Origin: Squalus acanthias
Taxonomy: Eukaryota
DNA length: 64,000 nt
Direction of reading: 5' to 3'
Assembly (NCBI GenBank): GCA_030390025.1
Contig: CM059425.1
Location: forward strand, 177,880,001-177,944,000
Positions 23,952 to 37,361 of the stretch are shown in pieces. Position numbers and translations under genes: made by a program. Under the pieces are notes generated by a model, which worked only from the letters and a program-made list of their open reading frames with translations, made no database searches and had not been told where the DNA came from. How positions within the stretch are numbered: position 1 is the stretch's first letter; each line of letters starts with the position of its first letter.

Positions 23952-26118
23952 TTTATTTGTTCATGGGATCTGTGCATCGCAGTCAAAGTCAGCATTTATT
24001 GCCCATCCCTATTTGCCCTTGAGAAGGTGGTGGTGAACCGCCTTCTTGAACCACTGCAATCCGTTTGGTGAAGGTACCCCCACAGTGCTGTTGGGGAGGG
24101 AGCTCCAGGATTTTGACCCAGCGACAATGAAGGAACGGTGATATACTTCCAAGTCAGGGTGGTGTGTGACTTGGAGGGGAACTTGGAGGTGGTGGTGTTC
24201 CTATGCGCCTGCTGCCCTTGTCCTTCTTGGTGGGAGAGGTCGCGGATTTGGGAGGTTCTGCTGAAGGAGCCTTGGCGAGTTGCTGCAGTGCATCTTGTAG
24301 ATGGTACACACTGCAGCCACGGTACACCGGTGGTGGAGGTAGTGAATGTTTAAGGTGGTGGATGGGGTGCCAATCAAGCGAGCTGCTTTGCCCTGGATGG
24401 TGTCAAGCTTCTTGAGTGTTGTTGGAGCTGCACTCATCCAGGCAAGTGGAGAGTATTCCATCACACTCCTTACTTGTGTCTTGTAGATGGTGGAAAGTCA
24501 GGAGGTGAGACAATTGCCGCAGAATACCTAGCTTCTGACCTGCTCTTGTTGCCACAGTATTTATGTAGCTGGTCCAGTTAAGTTTCTGGTCAATGGTGAA
24601 CTCCAGGATGTTGATGGTGAGGGATTCGGCGATGGTAATGCCGTTGAATGTCAAGGGGCGGTGGTTAGACTCTCACTTGTTGGAGATAGTCATTGCCTGG
24701 CAATTGTGTGGCGCGAATGTTGCCTGCCACTTATCAGCCCAAGCCTGAATGTTGTCCAGGTCTTGGGCATGGACTGCTTCATTATCTGAGGAGTTGCGAA
24801 TGGCACTGAACACTGTGCAGTCATCAGCGAACTTCCCCATTTTTGGCCTTATGTTGGAGGGAAGGTCATTGATGAAGCAGCTGAAGATGGTTGGCCCTAG
24901 GACACTGCCCTGAGGAACACCTGCCACGATGCCCTGGAGCTGTGATGATTGACCACCAACCACCACAACGATCTTCCTTTGTGCCAGGTATGACTACAGC
25001 CAATGGAGCGTTTTCCCCCCGATTCCCATTTACTTCAGTTTTACTAAGGCTCCTTGATGCCACACTCGGTCAAATGCTGCCTTGATGTCAAGGGCAGTCA
25101 CTCTCACCTCCCCTCTGGAATTCAGCTCCTTTGTCCATGTTTGGACCAAGGCTGTAATGAGGTCTGGAGCTGAGTGGTCCTGGCGGAATCCAAACTGGGC
25201 ATCAGTGAGCAGGTTATTAGTGAGTAAGTGTCACTTGATAGCATTGTCGACGACACCTTCCATCACTTTGCCGATGATTGAGAGTAGACTGATGGGGCGG
25301 TAATTGGTCGGATTGGATTTGTCCTGCTTTTTGTGGACAGGACATACCTGGGCAGTTTTCCACATTGTCGGCTGGATGCCAGTGTTGTAGCTGTATTGGA
25401 ACAGCTTGGCTAGAGGCGCGGCTAGTTTGGAGCAGAAGTCTTCAGCACAACAGCCAGGATATTGTCAGGGCCCATAGCCTTTGCTGTATCCAGTGCGCTG
25501 AGCCATTTCTTGATATCACGTGAAGTGAATTGAATTGGCTGAAGACTGGCTTCTGTGATGGTAGAGACTTCAGGAGGAGGCCAATATGGATTATTCACTC
25601 GGCACTTCTGGCTGAAGATGGTTGCAAATGCTTCAGCCTTGTCTTTTGCACTCATGTGCTGGGCTCCACCATCATTGAGGATGGGGATATTCATGGACCC
25701 TCCTCCTCCTGTTGTTTAATGGTCCACCAGCATTCACGACTGGATGTGGCAGGACTGCAGAGCTTTGATCTGATCCATTGGTTGTGGGATCGCTTAGCTC
25801 TGTCTATAGCATGCTGCTTCCACTTTTTAGCATGCATGTAGTCGTGTATTGCAGCTTCCCCAGGTTGGCACCTCATTTTTAGGTACGCCTGGTGCTGCTC
25901 CTGGCATGCTCCTCTACACTCCTTATTGAACCAGGGTTGGTCCCCTGGCTTGATAGTAATGGTAGAGTGAGGGATATGTCGGGCCATGAGGTTACAGATT
26001 GTGGTAGTATACAGTTCTGCTGCTGCTGATGGCCCACAATGCCTCATTGAGCTGCTAGATCTGTTCTGAATCTGTCCCATTTAGCACGGTGGTAGTGCCA
26101 CACAACACGATGGAGGGT
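23952..26118 (-). mobile_element. Family B LINE (CR1/L2/Jockey-group RT), 5'-truncated
   Basis: [35 protein letters not shown] and PWFN motifs. Confidence 0.9.
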
Positions 26119-26247
26119 TTTAAAAAAATAGTATTTTTTATTATATTAGAAACCTAAGGAATTTTTACCATAATGGAAAAATTACACATTCACAAATATA
26201 AAATTAGTTTTTCAGGGCCAGAGAGGTTGTTCAGCAGTAGTTATGAC

Positions 26248-26375
26248 CAATGTTCCCTGTAATTTTTTGGGGGGCCGCGCAGGCCCCTTTAACACACTGT
26301 GCGGCCCATTCAAAATACTGCGTATGTGCGGTTTTTCTATTAAAAAGCCAGCAAGCTGGCTGCTAGAGAACATTG
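26248..26375. mobile_element. 128-bp hAT-type MITE
   Basis: TIRs CAATGTTC(C/T)CT; exact 8-bp TSD GTTATGAC at 26240-47 and 26376-83. Confidence 0.92.
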
Positions 26376-27769
26376 GTTATGACTTAGTGCGCCGTTAAAA
26401 ACCCAGTTACACCTCATTTATCAAGGCTTAACTTTTTCCGGGTTTTTAACAGTGATATTACAGCGTAAAAGGGGACATTCACGTCCGTGCAAGTGATTTC
26501 TAAAGATAGCCGTCTGCGGGAACTTCAACAGTGCACCCTGTGGAGGAGCAGTGACTGAGTGACAGCAACTTCTGGATTCCGTGCGTAACTGCGCATGTGC
26601 AGACGTCAGGAGTTGCTGTCAGTTTCACAGAGTAATGACGATGAACGCTGACAGTTTCGCCGTCATTACAATCACAAAATCTAGGCCAATATTATTGCGA
26701 GACTTTCTTAGAAACCCTCTTAATCAAGTTAATGGTAAAGATGCCCCAGCAGAAGTAATCTTCAGTACTTGCCTATTCAAGTGTTAGTGCCTCAATAATA
26801 AGTCAGTAATGGACAATAATGCAACTAAATTCAATTAAATAGATCTTCTTAACCGCACCTTCAACTTTATTGTTTCTGTGCAATTAATGGCACCGGTAAC
26901 ATTTGTGAATAAGTTTCTGCTGGATAAACATATGATGAGCCTCTCTGCTACACACATGAGCTGCCTTCCATTTTAAACATTTATTATTTATTAATTTTTT
27001 TAAAATCCTGTTTTTGTGTTGTTATTCTTCCAACTTCACAGCAGTGATTCCAATATTAAAGAAAAATAAGGTATTTTGAAAGGTGAGTCAGATTAAACAT
27101 TTATACCTTGGCTTGGCATCTGTTTTTCATACACATTCTGTGAAATGCCTTTTTTATGTTACAGATGCTAGAGAAATAGAATTTGTTGTTGTTGTGTTGA
27201 GCTCCACACTGGCTGCAAATTAATTAAAACATATTGCAACATGTGTACTACTTGTCCCTTTAAAATTAAATCTTCTGAACTATTAGCAGAGAAGCAACAT
27301 ACTTCACACAAACAGCTCTCTGTTCTACTTTACACAGAACAGAATGTCAATTGAAAGAACATTTTGGAAAAGGTTCTGCTGTTCAGAGGACTGTGTGCAG
27401 AAGGAAAAGTGTGACCTAATCATGTGCACTTTATAAAATAAGTGGGAGCAGAAAAAGTTATATCAGATTAGATAAGTACTTGTTTCCTTTGGTATGTCAA
27501 AAATCAATGGCATTAGCAAAATCACTGAATCAATGCCTTCTTTGTGGTGAGTATTGCCTGCCCATCACCCATCGTATCTTGTACAGTATTACTAATGCAG
27601 TGAATTACAATCAACAGAGATGCAAGTACTTTGCACAGTGTAATACTTCAAATGCAAATTTTGCATTGAATTATAAGTTCTACTAGTATTATCTATAGTG
27701 GATATACCTTTAGTTTCTATAAACAGAGCAGGTAATCCAGAATTTTGCACATTGCATCCCCTCTTGCAC

Positions 27770-27895
27770 AAAGTCCTGCACATCCATCACCCCTATTCTT
27801 GCAAAGCTCCACCAGTTGCCTGTTCCCTAGCTCATTGACCTGAAGCTCCTTGATCTTGTTTTCAAATCCCTCCACAGCTTCACCTCACCTTACTT
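27770..27895 (+). mobile_element. Old L2 LINE C-terminal fragment
   Basis: Reads ITPILAKLHQLPVP*LIDLKLLDLVFKSLHSFTSPY, resembling the L2 HITP.L..LHWLPV motif. Confidence 0.7.
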
Positions 27896-30240
27896 AAATA
27901 ATATTCACCAGGGGTATGTCTCAGACAGAACCCTCCACTCTTCTGACCCTTGGTGTTCTTTCCACTACTGCCCCCTTCATGTTCCATTCTGCTGCTGACC
28001 TGTGACCTAGCTGGGTCTCTCCTTGCCACCTGTGGCCCAAAATTCATTCTGCAGCCCATCACCCCAAAGCACACCCTCCTGTTCTTCGACCTGCCAGACT
28101 GCTACCCGTCTGGATGCCTCTCATGATCAGAACAATCAGTGTCCAGCAGCCCTGGTGGCCCAATTCCCCACGTCAACCCAAAACCTGCCTGCAGCCCTGG
28201 TCAGATCGCTCTGCCCCTCACGGCCTGAAGTCCAACCTGGAGCACTAACCTGGATCCCTCCTAAACATTGTCACCCACTACCCATGGCCTGAAAGTTGCA
28301 TTGGGATCTGTGTCAATACCTCTTTAAAATAGTAGGCATAGCCATGAGTTGTTATAAAGAGTATCAACATTTTATTTACATATATAAAATAACAAGTTAA
28401 CTCACAGTAGTTTCAGGAGCTGCAAGTGTTTGCTGCTTACCGGATCACTCACAGAGGACAGAGAGAGAGAACAAAGGCATCACCTGATGAGTCACATGAC
28501 GAGTCCCCTGATAATGATGCAGACGTTACGTACTTACAGCCAACGTGCGCCTCGCGTCACAGCTTTCCCCTCAAAAAGAAAAACCTACACTAACTATTTC
28601 AGAGTTCAAAAAACACATATAGAGGAACTCTGAAATTTAACCAAAACAGAACACACAATCACAAGCAGGCACTATAAAAACAAATAGTCCTTCAATCGAT
28701 TTGGAGGCTGACGCTGTCTTCCAGATCTGCGATCGTTGATTGGTGTTTGACTCCCAGGTGTATCAGGTGTTGTAGTTGTTGTTTCTTTCTTTGGAGACTG
28801 TGGACAGTTCAGAGGACCACTGGGGACCTGCGTTTCAGAAAAGTCCTCAATCTCAGGAGCTTTGCTTACAGGTGGCTCATCAGCATAAATCAACGAATGC
28901 CGATTCTTGCGGTAAGATGAGTCTCTGACTTGCACATTGTAACGTCTAAGACCCACCACAACATGTGCTTGTTGCAGCATTCCAAGTACTCTGGCCAGGG
29001 AGTTTCACCGCATTGTATTTCTTGAAGTGGCTTAGCATTCCTGTCATAGTAACACCGCTGACGTTGATTCATGCTGACAAGCACATGAGTGTCTTCCTCA
29101 GTCGAATATCTAGGCTGTAGGAGTGTTCCTGCTATCGGAAGTAGTGTCTTGCACTTACGACCTATATCTCTGTGCAGGGCTTGTTCCTACACCTTCACTC
29201 GGTGTATTGCACCAATCTAATAGAGCTAGAAACTCTGATTGACTAGACTCCTTGCACGTTGTGAAGAGTCATTTTACGGTCTTGACTGCATTCTCAGCTT
29301 TGTCATTGGACTGCGGGTAGTGTGGTGATGACGTCGCATGTCTAAATCCCTATCTCTTGGCGAACACTGCAAATTCTGTGGATGCAAATTGTGGACCATT
29401 ATCCATTACTAGGATGTCTGGTACTTCAAATCTTGCAAACATCTCTTCGAGTTCTCTCAGAACACCGCGCGTAGTAACGGAAGTGAGGCTGGCTACTTTG
29501 ATAAAGTTACTGTAATAGTCACACACAACAAGCAGGGTTTGGCCATATAACTCACAAAGGTCAGCCTGAACCTTCGACTAAGGCCTAGCCACAACTCGTG
29601 TTGTAATAATGGTTCCTTACTTGGAGAACTCTGATGAGCCAAACAGATTTCACAATGTGCAATGTATTGTTTAAGCTCTGTTGACATCCTGGGCCAATAG
29701 AGGCTGTCACGGACTCTACGGATACAACATTCTATGGTGATGTGTGTGAATGAGCTACTGACATTAATTCCTTACACAATACAGCTGATACCACAAGTTG
29801 CTGTCCTTTGAATATCAGATCCCTTTGGACAATCAGTTCATCTTGAAAGTCAAAGTAAGGGTGGAGGCATTCAGCTACCTCTGACTTGACCCCAGGTCAG
29901 CTTGCAGAATAATAACACGCATTTCCTTCTGAACCGGGTCATCCGGTGCAGCATGATTAAGTTGTTGCCAGTGTGAGTCTCCAACTGGAAGTGATTCGTG
30001 ATGATCAATTTCTTCCAGCTCACGTGTAAAATCCCAGGTGTTAACATCTGGCAGGTATGCTCTGCTCAGTTTATCTGCTCGGGTCATCTTTCCCCCCTTT
30101 CTTATAATATACTTTCAGACAATATTTTTGGAGTCTTAACAGCATTCTTTGAAGTCTCTTGGGCGCGCTGTTTAGTGGCTTAAGAACTATTGATTCGAAT
30201 GGACTGTGATCCGTTTCAATATTCACCATGTTCCGGCCCC

Positions 30241-30355
30241 ACATTACACAGTGACTCCACTTCAAAAGTACTTAATTGGCTGTAAAGCGCTTTGAGACGT
30301 CCGGTGGTCGTGAAAGGCGCTATATAAATGCAAGTATTTCTTTTTTTCTTTCTTT
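30241..30355 (+). mobile_element. Deu-SINE 3' end
   Basis: cacttcaaaagtac...gaaaggcgctatataaatgcaag with TTTC tail. Confidence 0.85.
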
Positions 30356-30420
30356 AAGCTTCAAATTTATCACAGGCGAACACGATCGCTAGAAGTTCTT
30401 TCTCTATCTGTGTGTATCTC

Positions 30421-30496
30421 AGCGATAGCTCCGAAAGCTTGTAACATTAAATAAATCTGTTGGACTATAACCTGGTGTTGTGCGACTTCTCATTTT
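30421..30496 (+). mobile_element. 76-bp retroposed fragment with 12-bp TSD (possibly a Penelope-like terminal repeat)
   Basis: TGTGTGTATCTC at 30409-20 and 30497-508; removal restores RNase H ETRYTQIEKELLAIVF. Confidence 0.7.
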
Positions 30497-31019
30497 TGTG
30501 TGTATCTCGTCTCTGCTGCTGTTAAAGCCCTTGATGCTTACGTGACTGGTTGTCCATTCTGCATCATTGCTGCTCCAAGCCCAGATTGAGATGTATCGCA
30601 TTGTAGAGTAACTTCTTCCTAGAGATTATTATACCTAAGAATTGGTGTGCTGGTGACCACTACTTTAAGTTTTTGCAGCGCCAATTCTTGCGATTCTCCC
30701 CAGAACCACTCTGCGTCCTTCTGCGTTAAATCTCTGAGCGGTTTTGTTATGTCTGACAGATGCGGGAGAAACTCAGATATTGAGCAAGTCCAAGCAGTCA
30801 CTGGACCTCTTCTACATCAGTCGATGTCGGCATCTCCAAAACCACCTTAACTTTGACTGCATCTACACAAAGTCCCCTTCCTGTAGCAACGTGTCCTATA
30901 AAAGGAACTTCTTGCCTACGAAGTTTCATTTTATCCATGCTTAACATCACTCCACGATCATTGCATCGATGTAGGAAAGCTTCTAGGTATTTATAATGGT
31001 TACCCATTCTTGATATTAC

Positions 31020-32605
31020 ATTTCTAACTCATCTCTTTACTCTCCCACAGGACCATCAAGAGCACCCCCACCCCACCCCCACTGTCCAGGCGGAAGAGGA
31101 AGACGACTCCTCAGAGGAGCCTCCAGCCTCAGGCGCACCGTCACCAGACCTAAGCGCACCCAGCACCAGCGCAGATACGCACACCTCGGTGGGTCCTACA
31201 TGACTACTTGTCACCTGGTCTCACAAGTCACAAGTGAGCAAGACAAGATGGTAGAGACAGGAACAGCAGTGGAGACACCTCGCCGGAGGGCGCAGGAAGC
31301 TCCCAGCTCTGCTTAACTGCATACAGACATTCAGCCTCAGGGGCCATCGAGAAAGAGGGCGATCCTGGAGGTGCAGGAAGAAGTGCAGGAGGCTCTGACA
31401 GGTTTTGTGACCGCGATGTCTGCAAATGTGCAGAGAATGGAGGAGTCCATCTCCAACATGAGCACCACCATGTCGCAGGCGATGGTGACTGATGTGCTCT
31501 TCCATGGATATAATGGCCACCTTCATGGAGCAGCTAATGCGCCACTCACAGGTGCACATGGTCTCTATGGACAACAGATGGCAGAGGCTCATAGACCTCC
31601 TCTCTAGGAGGGATATCAACGTAGACTTGGGTCCTCATGGCCCAACAGTTGTGTAGCAAGGTGCTCTCCTGCTCCTTGCTAGCAGGGAAGTGCAGGTGGC
31701 CCATGAGAGGGATGATGGTGAGAGGGGACATGCAAGTGTGGGCTCCTCTCAAAGCACTCACACTTCTCTCCCATTGCCTCCCCCTCAATCAGAGCCCCAG
31801 ATGCCTCCTCGGATCGCGATGGCCGAGTCTGCCCCTGCACAGTCACAGGATGAGCAGACTTTGGAGGGGCCATCAGAGCCTCCAAAACCCAGAGGATGTC
31901 CACCAAAAGTGTCTACGCAGTCACAGCAGGGAAGCGAGCAGGCTGCCTCTACCTCTGCTGAAGCCACAGGGGTTGCACCTTGTAGAAGCACACGTAAAAG
32001 GAAAATGACACAGACATAGATGCACAAGGGTAAGCACATGTGTGTTTAAAGAAGTGCTTTTGTTAAGGTTCCGTTACTCTTATGCCACATATAAAACTAT
32101 TTATTTTCACCACTTTTGTCTGCTCAATTGGAAGTGGCTAAGTGAGTTGGAGTGAATGGTGAGACATAACGTTACCTTCCGCAATGGGGGTCAGTGTGAA
32201 AGGAATGGCTTGGTCATTGTAGGGAAGTTTATGGTGTTGTTGTGGGGTGCGGGGGGATCCTGGCACAGCATGTGGCAGCCATATGGGTGTAATGCAGGAA
32301 GTTAAGTAAACCTGGCCATGATGAGCCCATCCCTGACCTCCTGGGCAGCAATGTGCTCGGGTGCTGCTGGCATCTGACCCTCAGGTTCCTCCTGCTCCTC
32401 CTCGTCTTCCAGCTGATGCTCCTCCTCCTCCTCCTCCTCTGAAGAGGCTGTGCGCTCTGCACCTTGCTCCTCATACAGCGCTAAGCCTCGTTGCTGCGCT
32501 ATGTTGTGCAGCGCACAGCAGACGACCACGATTCTGGAGACCCTGGCTGGTCCATACTGAAGGGCTCCCCCAGATCTGTCAAGGCATCTGAAGCGCATTT
32601 TGAGC
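31020..32605 (-). mobile_element. Harbinger fragment: last Myb/SANT-gene exon (+) and transposase C-terminus (-)
   Basis: [15 protein letters not shown]...CCALHNIA at 32302-32598; acceptor ctcccacag at 31050; inverted homology to 34290-35510. Confidence 0.85.
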
Positions 32606-33031
32606 TCTGAAAGTGAACAGCTGCAACATGGTAACCTTTATAGAACTTCTACAGCTGTCAGGTAATCAGATAATGCAATGCAGACTCAACTCACGACATG
32701 GTGAGCTGACGTGTTCCCCGAGCAGTGGGTAACCTGTGGGGGAGCACGTAAAATTGAAATGTAGCCTTAAAATAGCAGTTAATTGGATGTTACCAACCAA
32801 GTTAATGATTTGAATTGCCTCCCCCGCCGCTTGGTGTCGGGTCTGTTTTGCGCCGACTGACCCGACACCTGGGAGACTCGCGTGGAGGCGGGTTGACAGC
32901 AGGCACACCAACTGCAACAGTACCAACAACCTTCTCCTCAACGACCTGATGCTCCACAGGACAGAGGGCATCAGTGCAGGGCTGCACTGCGCCGGAGGCG
33001 CTACCCCCAACACAGGGTTTACAGGCAGAGG

Positions 33032-34055
33032 ATGAGCTTCCTCAACATGACGGAGCAGCAGTGCCAACGGAGGCTCAGGCTATCGCACCAGGTCATCGCA
33101 GACATTTGCAGATTGCTGGAGCAAGAGCTGCAGTCCAGAGGAGCGGGTGGGCACCCCTTACCAGTAGCTATCAAAGTCACCCTTGCCCTCAACTTCTTCG
33201 CCTCAGGCTCCTTCCAGGCATCTGCAGCAGACATTTGCACCATCTCGCAGTCGGCTGCACACAGATGCATTACACAGGTGACCGATGCCCTATTTGACAA
33301 GTCAGCAAATTATATAAACTTTGCAACTGATAAAGCCAGTGCTGCTGAGCGTACGGTTGGCTTTGCGGCTCTGGCTGGCTTCCCACGGGTGCAGGGCGTC
33401 ATCGACTGCACACACATGGCCATCAGGGCACCCCATCATAACCCAGCAGTGTTTATCAACCACAAGGGCTTCCACTCACTCAATGTGCAGCTGGCCTGCA
33501 ACCATAGGAAGATCATTCTCCCTATGTGCATCAAGTTCCCTGGGAGCTGCCATGATTCCTACATCCTGCGACAATCCACTGTTCCTCAGCTCGTCATACC
33601 TCCAAACAGTCTTTCCAGCTGGTTGCTTGGCAACAAGGGCTATCCACTAAAGACGTGGCTCATGACACCTTTGAGGAGGACAACAAACGAGGCTGAGGAA
33701 CATTACAATCAAAGCCTGATCTCCACCAGGAGTGTCATAGAGCAGGTGATTGGGTTGCTTAAAATGCGCTTCAGATGCCTGGACAGATCTGGAGGAGCCC
33801 AGCAGTACGCACCAGCCAGGGTCTCTAGAATCGTTGTGGTCTGCTGTGCCCTGCACAACATAGCGCAGCAGTGAGGATTAGCGCTGCTTGAGGAAGAACG
33901 CACAGAGCACACAGCCTCTTCGGAGGAGGAGGAGGATAATTTTGAGGACGAAGATGAGGAAGACCTTGATCAGCCATTGGTTCCAATGCCACCAGTACAC
34001 AAACACATTGCTGCCCGTGAGGCCAGGAATCACCTCATCATGGCCAGATTTAGCT
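33032..34055 (+). pseudogene. Harbinger transposase, catalytic GDKGY changed to GNKGY, premature stop at 33872
   Basis: 280-aa ORF with IDCTH, PGSCHDS, GNKGYP, IEQ and RFRCLD; acidic tail continues after the TGA. Confidence 0.9.
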
Positions 34056-34730
34056 AAGTTCACGCTACACAGACATGTGGCTGCCACATGCGTTGGCACA
34101 TTGGCATCAGCCCACATCAACACCATTAACCATCCCTACAATGACCAGTCCTACCTTATCAATCTCACCACCATTGATGAAGATTAAAGGAACAATATTT
34201 GAACGATTTAAAGATTTATTCCACAAAATAAAATTAACAGAAACTTGTCATTAACATTGAAAGAAACACCCAAGTGACTACCCTTGTGAATCTACTTCTG
34301 TGCCATCTTTCTTTTCCGAGTGCTTCTATGAGGTGCAACCCCTGTGGCTTCAGCAGAGGTAGAGGCAGGCTGCTCACTTCCCTGCTGCATCTGCTTAGAC
34401 GCCTTTGGCGGTCGTCCTCTGGGTTTTGGAGCCTGTGTGGACCCTGACAAAGTCTGCTCCTCCTGTGACTGTGCAGTGGCAGACTCAGCCATCGCTGTCC
34501 ATGGAGGCATCTGGGGCTCTGAATGAGGGGTAGGCAAGGAGCTTGAAGTTTGAGCGCTTGGAGAAGAGCCCCCACTCCATGTGCCCTCCCACCATCATCC
34601 CTCTCATGGGCCACCCGCACTTCTCTGTTAGCAAGTAGCTGGAGAGCACCTTGCTGCACATCAGTGGGGCCATGAGGACCCATGTTTATACTGTCATTCC
34701 TCCTAGCAAAGGCCTCTATGATCCTCTGGT

Positions 34731-35093
34731 TATGAATATATATAAATATATACATACACACCACATGCAAATGACTTTCACGTGGGTTTGCAGTAACAAT
34801 ATTGCAGAGGATTGTGATACTGTTCAATGAACATCATCTGGATCTACACTACACTTAAACTTTGGAATCCTCGTAAAAATATCAAAAAGCACTTGAACTC
34901 TTCCTTAAATGGTAAAATTATTGAGCTTTAAAACAGAAAGAAAAACTGTAAATAATTTATAAACTAGGAGCAAAAATCTGATTGTAGTTGGAAGAGTGTT
35001 TTACGATGTCCCTGTTTGTTTTGAATGTTGTTTCAATTCTTTCTGCACTAATTTTGCTCATCACTCCACATGTTCCTCTTTAAAATTTGTTCT
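34731..35093 (+). repeat. AT-rich segment duplicated at 38118-38504
   Basis: Near-identical direct copy, lacking about 20 bp between tgcaa microhomologies. Confidence 0.93.
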
Positions 35094-37361
35094 TCATCTA
35101 TGAATGACTCCTCCATTCTCTGCAAACTCGCAGTCACCCCGGTTGCAAAACCTGTCAGAGCCTCCTGCACTTGTTCCTGCAGCTCCAGGATCGCCCTCTT
35201 CCTGGATGACCCCCGAGGCACAGCGTCTGCCTGCAGCTGAGCAGAGCTAGGAGACTCCTGCGCCCTCCGACAAGGTGTCTCCACTGCTGACCATGTCTCC
35301 ACCATCTGCTCTTGCTCACGTGTGATGTGTGAGACACCAGGTGACAACACTACTCTATCTTGCGACGGACCCACCGAGGTGTTTGTATCTGTGCTGGTGC
35401 TGGCTTGCCTTGTCTCAGGTGACGCTGCACCTTCAGTGGCTGGAGCCTCCTCTGAGGGGTGCTCCTCCAGTTCCTCATGGACATTGGGAGGGGGCTCTTG
35501 ATGGACCTGTGGGAGAGTAAAGACATCAGTTCGATAAATGATATGTCCATTGCATACAGATACCATTATGCACATTATGAGCAATCAATTCCTGTTGACA
35601 TCAGCCCCAATATGAGTGACTGATGAATGACATGTAGGGGTATGGGAAATTATTCTGGCACCAGGTTGTTCAGATGAGCCCCTCTCTCCGTCCCCCACTT
35701 CTGGCTGGTCCACCGCTCCAGTGATCTCCGGGCAGCCTCCTCTGCAAGAGTCAGAATGGCCAATGATTGAGGGCCACCTCCCCTTCTCACCCTCTCCCTC
35801 TTGTTGTGGGCTCTCTTCTCCTGCAAGGAGGGAAAGAAGAGACGGTTGAGTGAGAGTGATGAAATGAGTGTAACGAATGGATGTGTTAGATCTTTATAGG
35901 AAGACTATAATGGAGTGGGGTGGTTGTAGCAAGTTGCCTCCTTTAGTGTTGTTGCTAGTTGGTGTCATTAGATTAGGATGAGGGTGAGTGTTCGGGGTGC
36001 ATAGTAAGATGGGGATGCAATACTGTAGATAGATCGAGAGGGATGGCTGACGGTGTAAGGGATGTTGCATTGATTTGCGATGTGCAGAAGTAGAGTTGTG
36101 AATGCTGAGTGATGGGGAAGTGATAACCGGCACAGCAGCATGAGGTAAGTGTGGCTTTATACTCACTTTTCCAGATCGTAGAAGATCATGAACATGCTTG
36201 TGGCACTGAACCCAGGTCCTCATCACCACACACCTGCCTGGTAACTCCTCAGTTACTTGCAGCCAGGCTGCCTTGGTCTCCTAGGGAGGTCTCTTCCACC
36301 CACTGAACATGGAGGGAGTCATCACTGAAGCGAGGAGCAGCCCTCTGCCTTTCTGAGGCCATTCTTGGAGCAGAAAAAGGTATATCTGTAATGCACGCTT
36401 TAAATGGAACAAATGAAATGAGGTGGGGCCATGAACCCTTTAAATATACCGGCAAAAGAAGCGTCAGCGCTGACGTCACCTGACCCACACCTTGTAATAG
36501 GGTCGGGCAACACGAAGGGCGGGTTTAACAAGGTCCATTAACGGAAAATCTTTTTTCTAGGCAGGGTGTAGATGGCAGCGGACTCGTAGCCCGACAACGA
36601 CTTCTCCGGCCCCAGTCCCGCCTCGGTCGGTAAGATCGCGGCCATAGTGTTTCCAGGCTCGCTTGAATCTCCTCCACTTCTCTGCAACATTCACGTCGTG
36701 GATTTCGAGAGCCCAAGGTGGTGGTAGAGCACCAATGCCATCGTTCACACACTTCAGTTTTCGCATAACTTTACCACCACTGCCACCATGTGTCAATACC
36801 TCTTTAAAATAGTAGGCGTAGCCGGGCATTGATGTAAAGAGTATCAACGTTTTATTTACATATATAAAATAACAAGTTAACTCACGGTAGTTTCAGGAGC
36901 TGCAAGCTTTTGCTGCTTACCGGATCACTCACAGAGGACAGAGAGAGAGAACAAAGGAATCACCTGACTCATCACCTGATGAGTCACATGACGAAGCCCA
37001 TGATGATGATTCAGACGCTACGTACTTACAGCCAACATGCGCCTCATGTCACAGGATCTACTACCCAAAGCAAGGCCAAAGCCTTGGCTGGATACCCCTC
37101 CTTACCCAGGACTTCCTGCCCACAAACCTGGATCCTTTCCACGACTGGCAATCTGCAGCTGAGAAATGTAACTTGAAACCTTCGGCAGCTCCCTTCCCCA
37201 TCAGGCCATACCACAGAAAAGAGAGAGAGAAGCAGAAAGGATTGGAATGTGAGAGCGAACCAGAAGACAAGAGAAAGAAAGAGACTGAAGCAGAAGAGGA
37301 AAGAGTCAGAGAATTGACAGCATGTAGATGACAGGGTAAGTGAAGCCATATACTCTGAATT

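Larger units (their letters stand above)
32640..36643 (+). mobile_element. Harbinger transposon (transposase +, spliced Myb/SANT gene -)
   Basis: Transposase about 32870-34055; MASERQRAAPRFSDD at 36363; terminus AAGATCGCGGCC abuts the Gypsy gag remnant. Confidence 0.82.
28309..37053 (-). mobile_element. Decayed Gypsy LTR element (Mag-like) with internal Harbinger insertions
   Basis: LTRs 28309-28561 and 36789-37053, 5-bp TSD GGATC (28304-08 / 37054-58), PBS TGGTGGCAGTGGTGG (tRNA-Leu-like), PPT GAGGGGAAAG, gag start WRRFKRAWKHY, RT/RH/IN remnants 28670-31010. Confidence 0.93.

Noticed and set aside
27035..27090. Possible micro-exon (cacag...AAG/GTGAGT) in unique AT-rich DNA
   Set aside because: Two of three frames contain stops and such signals arise by chance; needs RNA-seq.
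33032..33874. Host HARBI1 gene
   Set aside because: Multiple decayed copies in the window, a mutated catalytic Asp, a premature stop, and a location inside an LTR element.
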